Virus record (IMG/VR): IMGVR_UViG_3300044971_004534
Origin: a virus
DNA length: 64,000 bases
Direction: 5' to 3' (one strand)
The first letter of the stretch is position 1. Every line of letters starts with the position of its first letter. Below the pieces are notes generated by a model. The model was not told where the DNA came from. It was given only the letters and a program-made list of their open reading frames with translations, and ran no database searches. Made by a program: the position numbers and the translations under genes. This document shows, piece by piece, positions 25,246 through 32,200 of the stretch.

Positions 25246-26233
25246 ATTCAATTTATCTAAATTTGCACAAAAGCAGATAGAGATGACTTCTCCTCCTGTA
25301 GTTCAGGGGGCTGAAGAGTTTAGCGATTTGGAAATGACTAAGGAGCCACAGTCAGATGCTGGTTTGCTTATGTCTCCTGGTAAAGATATTGATACAGATA
25401 TCGAAACCATATCAGTTCCTGTGTTTGAGAATCATGTACAAATGTACGAAAAATTAAAATCTTTTTCATCTGGAGATATTAAGTCTTCAATGAATTCTGC
25501 ATGGAATGAATATTTTTCTCAATCTGTCGGGTCAACAGAAATAGCTGACGACTTTAAGGCTGGACTTTCTCAATTTTTTGAAGTTCCATCTGATTCAGAA
25601 GATGCAGTAGATATTGCTAACAGACTGTTTGATATGTACGCAAAAATACATCCACCAAAGAACGAGGAAAGTGAAATGGACATAGCTACCGCAAGTACAT
25701 TGCATGTTATGAAAATAGCTAAAGAAATTGCTGCTTCTCAAAAGAAGCAAAGTTCTTCTCAAACTTTTAATTTAACAAAGACTGCTCAGCATAAGAGTAT
25801 TATGCATAGTTCTATTATATCAGGCCCTAGTCAAACTTCTTTGAGTCCATTTAGTAGAGATATACAGAGTGGTCTTCATCTTATTGAACAAAATAAAGGT
25901 TTTGGATTAAAAATTGATGATGTTTTAGATATTGATTTTGAGGCAATATGGCGTGGTAACGTTATGGATAAGTATAATTCTCCATATCGAGACGAAGAAG
26001 GAAATTATGTTGGTGGTTACATTAACAGAAGATTTGAAGTAAATCGCAACATCCCAAAGGGTAACAATTTGCAATTGCTTCCAGGTACTCGCAGCCGTCC
26101 TTGGTTGCCTCAATATTCAACACTGGAGTCCAGAATGGAAGTTTTGAGAGGCAATGAGGACAAGCTTGTTAATCCAGCAACATTTAATAAATTGTCCATA
26201 GGTCCATTTAACTTAAAAAAAAAGAACAGTTGA
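25238..26233 (+). CDS. hypothetical protein (331 aa from ATG 25238; the ORF track starts at TTG 25226)
   Basis: GGAGA lies 5 nt upstream of ATG 25238. There is an 8-nt overlap with the upstream gene. Confidence 0.7.
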   Translation: MPKFNLSKFAQKQIEMTSPPVVQGAEEFSDLEMTKEPQSDAGLLMSPGKDIDTDIETISVPVFENHVQMYEKLKSFSSGDIKSSMNSAWNEYFSQSVGSTEIADDFKAGLSQFFEVPSDSEDAVDIANRLFDMYAKIHPPKNEESEMDIATASTLHVMKIAKEIAASQKKQSSSQTFNLTKTAQHKSIMHSSIISGPSQTSLSPFSRDIQSGLHLIEQNKGFGLKIDDVLDIDFEAIWRGNVMDKYNSPYRDEEGNYVGGYINRRFEVNRNIPKGNNLQLLPGTRSRPWLPQYSTLESRMEVLRGNEDKLVNPATFNKLSIGPFNLKKKNS

Positions 26234-26451
26234 GTCTTAAAACTGCTGCCGGTCAAGGGTCTTCTTCATTTAATAGAGCCCTAGACCGTGCTTTCTCTTT
26301 TATGAAACCCGATAAAGGTAATATATATTCTAGACAGAAAAAAATCTGTCCAGTATGTAAGTCTGACAATTCTGCTGATTCTTCTAAAAATCAGAATAAA
26401 TGCGTTAATTGCGGGTTTGACTTAGGTAAAGTTCAAGTAACAAGAGTGTAA
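26230..26451 (+). CDS. small zinc-ribbon protein (73 aa, TTG start)
   Basis: CPVC-x17-CVNC four-Cys ribbon. Sits immediately upstream of the portal gene. Confidence 0.5.
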   Translation: MSLKTAAGQGSSSFNRALDRAFSFMKPDKGNIYSRQKKICPVCKSDNSADSSKNQNKCVNCGFDLGKVQVTRV

Positions 26452-26456
26452 AATAA

Positions 26457-28739
26457 ATGGCAAAATCAAACGGTAAAGAACAGGAAATAAACAAGACTGC
26501 CTCCAATGAAGTTTTTGATGGACGCAAGTACGCTAACTCTGCAGCTGTATCTTTGCCTTTGACTAAAGCAGCTCAATATGTTGGAGGCAGCGCTAGTACC
26601 ATATTTACGCAGCCTATGTTTTTTAGTCCGCTGCATACTCCACAAAATTGGCAGATTGCCAGTAAGAGAAAAGAAGTTTACCAGTGGGCTAGATTTTATT
26701 ATGAAAACGAGCCAAAAGCAGCAGCAGGCATAGATTTTTATGCTGGCTTTCCAATGAATGGCTTTAATTTGGAATGCAAAGATAAAAAAGTACTAGCTTA
26801 TTTTGAGCATTTAACAGAAAAACTTAATCTTGAATATTGGTTAAGAAAAATTAGTCATGAGTATTTTTTACTCGGAGACGTTTTTGTATTTACTGAAATA
26901 GAGTGTCCTGTCTGTCGCGGTCTGGGCCATCTTCCCAACGGCAACATATGTAATCACCCAGATGGTACAATTAAGCGTTTGTTGATTTTAAATCCAGATT
27001 TTATTGAGGTGCAGAACACGCAGTTAGCAGATGAACCAACAGTTGCTCTTATTCCAGATGATGATTTAAAAAGAGTGGTCGCTCAGAAAAAACCCAAAAA
27101 TGTTTATGACCGCATTCCTGATTCGATCAAAGAGTACGTTTTATCAGGTAGGCCAATTCCTCTTAGTCCAAGATGCATAAGTCATATTAGACATAAGGGT
27201 TCTCCATACGGAACTTATGGAGAAAGTCTGTTGAGAAGATTGTTTACCATTATATCTTATAAAACAAAATTAATGACAGCTAACTGGATTATGGCTGAAA
27301 GGCATATATTGCCTGTTAGAGTTGTTAAGGTTGGAAACGCTGAACGTCCAGCTTCTGAATTTGATATTGCAGATGTTCAGGGTCAGCTTGCTGCAGTTGC
27401 AAACGATCCTAATTTAACTATTGTGACTCATCATGCATTTGAAATGGACTTTATTGGTGCTACTGGCAAAATTCATGACATATCCAATCAGTTAGAAATG
27501 ATTGGTAAAGAAATGCTTGATGGATTGATGTTGCCGCAAACTCTTCTTAATGGAGAAATGGCTGCATATAGTGCAGCAGCAGTTGGTGTTGAAACTTTGA
27601 TACGTAGACTTGAAACTTGGCGTATGGAACTTTCGTCTTGGGTTGAGAAAAATATATTTTTACCAGTCGCTCAGATGCAAGGTTTTGTTGACACTCAAAA
27701 GAGTAAGTTGGTAGGGGACACTGTATGGTTAACTCCCAAAATTAAGTGGAATGATTTGCGGTTACGAGACAATAGTCAGTATCTGCAAAGCTTAATGCAG
27801 TTGCATGATAAGGGCCTCATATCTACTCAAAAGCTTTTAACTGAATTTAACATTGATTTTGATCAAGAAGTTAATAGGCTTCGTGAAGAGCAGATTACTG
27901 CAGGTAAGGGCGGTCAGGTTCTTGGCGGTGCTGGAGATGCTGGCGGCGGCATGGGTGGTTTAGATTTAGGTCTTGGCGGACCTCCCGGTGGTGGCGGTGG
28001 GTTAGATCTTGGTCTTGGCGGCGGTGGCATGCCTCCTGGCCTTGCAGGGCCAGGTCCTGGCGGCGCACCTGGAGCAGCACCACCACCTGGTGGCGGAGCT
28101 CCTCCAGCTCCACCTATGGGGGCCATGGCTAGCGACGAAAATGATGACATGACAAAGGTTGCACAGCTTTCTCTAATGAATGATCCCAGTCAGCAATCTG
28201 TAGATCCATCCATGAGAGTCTACAAGAGAGGCAAGCAGCCAAAACAAAAAAAATCTGATGAACCAACAGTTGAAAATAAGCAAATATTTTTGACTAAACC
28301 AGAGCAGAAGCTTTTCAGCATCGTTAAGTCTCTTAATGTTCCATTGAGATTATTTGCTCAATATGAATTTAAGGTTCCAGGTGAGCAAAACGCATATCTA
28401 CTAGATTTTGCCTTCCCGGATATCATGCTAAACTTTGAAGCAGATGGAGATTTTTGGCATTCTGATGCCAGTGCCGTTGAGAGAGATAAGCAGAGAGACA
28501 TGAAGTTGGCGAGCATGGGGTGGCGTGTGGTAAGAATTAAAGAAAGTGCATTAAATACTAATGTTGAATTAGTTACTCAAATTATTGTGAATAATATTAA
28601 AGACACTATTGCTCAGCGTAAAGCTTTAATGGCCAAGCGTGCTAGTGTTAATGCAGAAGATAGTATTTACTATGAAGATGGAGATGAATTAAAGATTTCT
28701 TACCAAAATTTGATTTATGATAACAGTGACAATTCATAA
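26457..28739 (+). CDS. portal protein with C-terminal Gly/Pro linker and DUF559/Vsr-like endonuclease domain
   Basis: 760 aa. Sits directly upstream of the protease/scaffold, decoration and capsid genes. The N-terminal ~480 aa are portal-like in size and pattern (YQWARFYYENEPKAAAGIDFYAGFPMNGF...). The C-terminus YLLDFAFPDIMLNFEADGDFWHSDASAVERDKQRDMKLASMGWRVVRIKE matches the DUF559 layout. Confidence 0.75.
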   Translation: MAKSNGKEQEINKTASNEVFDGRKYANSAAVSLPLTKAAQYVGGSASTIFTQPMFFSPLHTPQNWQIASKRKEVYQWARFYYENEPKAAAGIDFYAGFPMNGFNLECKDKKVLAYFEHLTEKLNLEYWLRKISHEYFLLGDVFVFTEIECPVCRGLGHLPNGNICNHPDGTIKRLLILNPDFIEVQNTQLADEPTVALIPDDDLKRVVAQKKPKNVYDRIPDSIKEYVLSGRPIPLSPRCISHIRHKGSPYGTYGESLLRRLFTIISYKTKLMTANWIMAERHILPVRVVKVGNAERPASEFDIADVQGQLAAVANDPNLTIVTHHAFEMDFIGATGKIHDISNQLEMIGKEMLDGLMLPQTLLNGEMAAYSAAAVGVETLIRRLETWRMELSSWVEKNIFLPVAQMQGFVDTQKSKLVGDTVWLTPKIKWNDLRLRDNSQYLQSLMQLHDKGLISTQKLLTEFNIDFDQEVNRLREEQITAGKGGQVLGGAGDAGGGMGGLDLGLGGPPGGGGGLDLGLGGGGMPPGLAGPGPGGAPGAAPPPGGGAPPAPPMGAMASDENDDMTKVAQLSLMNDPSQQSVDPSMRVYKRGKQPKQKKSDEPTVENKQIFLTKPEQKLFSIVKSLNVPLRLFAQYEFKVPGEQNAYLLDFAFPDIMLNFEADGDFWHSDASAVERDKQRDMKLASMGWRVVRIKESALNTNVELVTQIIVNNIKDTIAQRKALMAKRASVNAEDSIYYEDGDELKISYQNLIYDNSDNS

Positions 28740-28803
28740 TATATTCCTACATTGAAAAGGAAAAATAATATATTTTATCAAATGAATATGTTACAAGGCT
28801 ATT

Positions 28804-29217
28804 ATGATCAAATCTGCTGCTAAAAGAATAAAAGATAGAAACATTAATTGGCGTGAGGCTTATTCCGAACGTACAGCACCTTTACACAAGCGTTATACTG
28901 AGCAGGTAGGTCCCGGTTCATATCGCAGATGGGAAGGTCATGACTATACTACAAATAGTGACTATTATGTTGTTTGTAGTCCTGCGCAGACTAAGTATGG
29001 CGAAAAGGCATATTTTGCCGGTATTAAAAAGTTACCACCTCTTGCTGTTAGAGATGTAGTAAAAACATATTCTCCTTATGGAAAATATTTTAACAACATG
29101 TCTTCTGCTTTATCTTTTTTAAAAGAAAAGTATGGCATACCATGGCCAAAAGGTCAAATTAATTACACCACAGACCATATTCAAAATATTGAGATACCTA
29201 GATTTGTAAAGGCATAA
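28804..29217 (+). CDS. hypothetical protein (137 aa)
   Basis: ORF lies between the portal and the giant head gene. No motif recognised. Confidence 0.7.
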   Translation: MIKSAAKRIKDRNINWREAYSERTAPLHKRYTEQVGPGSYRRWEGHDYTTNSDYYVVCSPAQTKYGEKAYFAGIKKLPPLAVRDVVKTYSPYGKYFNNMSSALSFLKEKYGIPWPKGQINYTTDHIQNIEIPRFVKA

Positions 29218-29219
29218 AA

Positions 29220-32200
29220 ATGGATAAATTTACAATAACAACTGAAAGACAAATAGAAGCTCTTAACGTCCCATCTAATTGGGATGAAATAAATCTATCT
29301 CCTATTACCAAATTTGCTTCAAAAGAAAAATCATTTGAGGATCACGTAAAAGCAATAGATCTTGGTGGTTTTGATATTTTAGCAGCTATTAAAGATAATC
29401 CAGATCATTTGTTTGTAAAAGTTTTTGCAATTAAAAAAGATGAAGTTAATGACAACGGAGACTATTTTAGTGAAAATGAACTGAAAAAAGCTGCTAAAAC
29501 TTTCATAGGTGTTCCTGTATTTGTAAATCATCAAAACGATGACGTAGAAAAGGCACGTGGTAAAGTTGTTCATGCTTGGTGGGATGAAGATCGTGGAGGT
29601 ATTTATACAATTAATATGGTTGACAAGGTTGCTTATCCACGCTTGGCCAGAGGCATTGAGGCTGGATACGTAACTGGAAGCAGTATGGGTTGCAGTGTTA
29701 AGTACAGTTGCTGTTCTGTTTGTCACACTCGTGCTGCTAATGCTAAGGAATACTGTTCTCATATTAAAGAGCGTAAAAAGAAAAATTTTACTGGTGAGCA
29801 TGAGTGCGAATATCATAAAAGTGCAAATGCTGGAGATGAACCATGTCCTGTTTGTGGATGTGAAAAGGGCAAGAAGAAATTAAACAAATATGCAAGTCAG
29901 CAGATTTTTGAACATAATTACGGTGTTAAATTCATAGAAGACAGCTTTGTTGTTAATCCTGCGTGTCATGATTGTCTTGTAAGTGACATTATAAATCCAA
30001 CTGGGTTGCTTAAAAAGGTAGCTGATCTTAGAGAAACTCTTGCTAAAATTGGCACATCAATGGATAGCGATTCTTCTTTTGGCATGGAATGTTCTTCTGG
30101 CCAGTGTAGTCTTCACAAGGCTGCTGGAAAGCAAGAAATTAATGAATTAAATGATGCCATGAACCAGCTTGAAAGAGTTGCGCGTTCGATGATGGCTCAA
30201 AAAAGCAAGGTAAGTTTAGAATATGTGTCAGACATAGTTAAAGTTTGTTCTGATATTCAGAAAATATCAGATGAATTAGTTGAAATGGGCTATGCAGTTT
30301 TGCCAAGTCCTACTGAGTCTCAGATAGCATACGGTACAAATGCTCCTGCAAGTCCTATGACTAAGCCTCAGTCTGCTGTGCAAATGCCAGTTTCTGCTAT
30401 GCCTCAGCCTTCTTCTGCTGCTGTGCCATCAGTTCAGCCAAGTATGGCTATGCCAGCACAAACGGCAGCGCCCATGTTAAAATCTGTGCCTATGGCAGCT
30501 AATCCTCAGATCCAAGAATTTGGAGATGAGGTTGGAAGGGTAACAAAGCCAAATTTTATTCCAGTAAAAGCAGATTCCGCAAAGGATTTTATTAAAATAT
30601 CTAATAGTATAACAAATAGGCTAAATAGTCTAGCTAATCGTATATACATTAACGGAGAATTTATGTCAGAAAATTCAGGATACAAGTTCACACAAGGTGA
30701 TGATACAATAGTTATTTCTTCAGACAATGATGGAGAAACTCATATAGCACATCTTAAGGGTGATCGCTTAATGAAATGGTCCAGCATAGATTCTTTCGAT
30801 GCAGATACTCAAAACATGATTAATCATGATCCAAAACAGGCAGCTCGTAAAATTTTAAATTCATACTTGAACAATACTTCAGAGGAGTCAATTACATCCA
30901 TGGAAAGCTCAAATCAAAACAAAGTTGCACAGGCACGTACCGGTGACGCACATGAAGTCACTACAGAGGCACAGCTCTCTGGCGTAAAGGGAATTCATGC
31001 TCGCAAGGGAGAGGCTCCCACTGCCACCACTGAAAGTAAGGAGCAGCTCGGTGCTGCTAAGTCTTACAGTGATGTTGGCGGAACTTCAGCCACTCCTCGT
31101 CAAGGTACTGCATACGAAACAGTTGTTGAAGCTACTTTGAACTCCAAGACCGGAGGATTCATGGCTCGTTGGGGATCTTTCCCTGAAGTAATTACAGAAG
31201 CTCAATGGAACGACATTAGTAGAGAGGTCTTTGCAAACATTCCATCTGATTGGACTTCTGTTGCCAAACAGGGTCAGCTTGAAATGTTGCAGAAGACATT
31301 TAGTTGGACTGAGCCAACCGTAACCACTGAAGGTCAGCTTGCTGGCAAGTCCATGAAGAAGGCTTCTGCTCAAGATCTTATTAAGCAGGCACAGGGAGCA
31401 ATCGCTGATGCAATGGCTTTCTATGGAGTTGGTGCCGAAGACATTCAAAACACAGTTGATTTTATCACCTCTGACTCTTCAAGACAAAATAAAGCAAAGA
31501 TTGTTGTTGCCATGAATGCAGCTCCATGGGCTGTTGAGTCTCGTAAGGTAAACAATAGTCGTCTTGCAAATTTCTCTAAGGTTGCATCTGAAGTGTATGG
31601 AGTTGAGCCCGTTGATGCTGTGCTTGCTGCAGTTGGTGATAATCTAGAATCTTCTTCAGCTGAAGAAGTTCTTTCTGCTCTTGCTTTCGTTGCTAACAAC
31701 AAGTTGGCAATGCAGCAAGCAGAAGAATTAGCAGTTGAAAGATATGAAAACGCAACATCTGAATCTTCAGAAGATGATTCCGACATGTTCCGCAAGGCAT
31801 TTAGTGAAATGTCCTTGCCAGAGGACGGAATCATCAAGGTTTGCATGAGTGCAGAAGACGATCTTGGCATGGAGGTTTCCTCTGGCAAAGACTTCATCGA
31901 AGCAGTGCACAAGTTTGCTCAGACCATGGTGAACGAAAACCTTGGTCAAAACGTAGACATTATTCCAGTCGCAGTTGATGTTGATGAGGACAATGGTCTT
32001 GTTGAAGCAACTTGCAAAATTGCTTCCAAGGTTACCGATCAGGAAAAGGCAGCTTTTGAAAAGTGGGCTTCTTCTGTCCCTGCAGAAAAGGTAGTTGCTG
32101 AGGAGTCATCTCAAACTAAGAGAGCTTCTTTGCTTGCTGATTTAGACAAGCTCGAAAAGCAGGCTCAGCTTGCTGGTGGTCAAATGCCAGCTGGATTGAA

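Noticed and set aside
26457-28739. An intein or free-standing homing endonuclease gene inside the portal gene as the explanation for the extra domains.
   Set aside because: No intein splicing motifs were seen: no Cys/Ser-led block A and no terminal His-Asn followed by Cys/Ser/Thr. The nuclease-like domain is C-terminal, in frame, and joined by a linker rather than interrupting the portal fold. A past mobile-element fusion remains possible and is mentioned in the finding.
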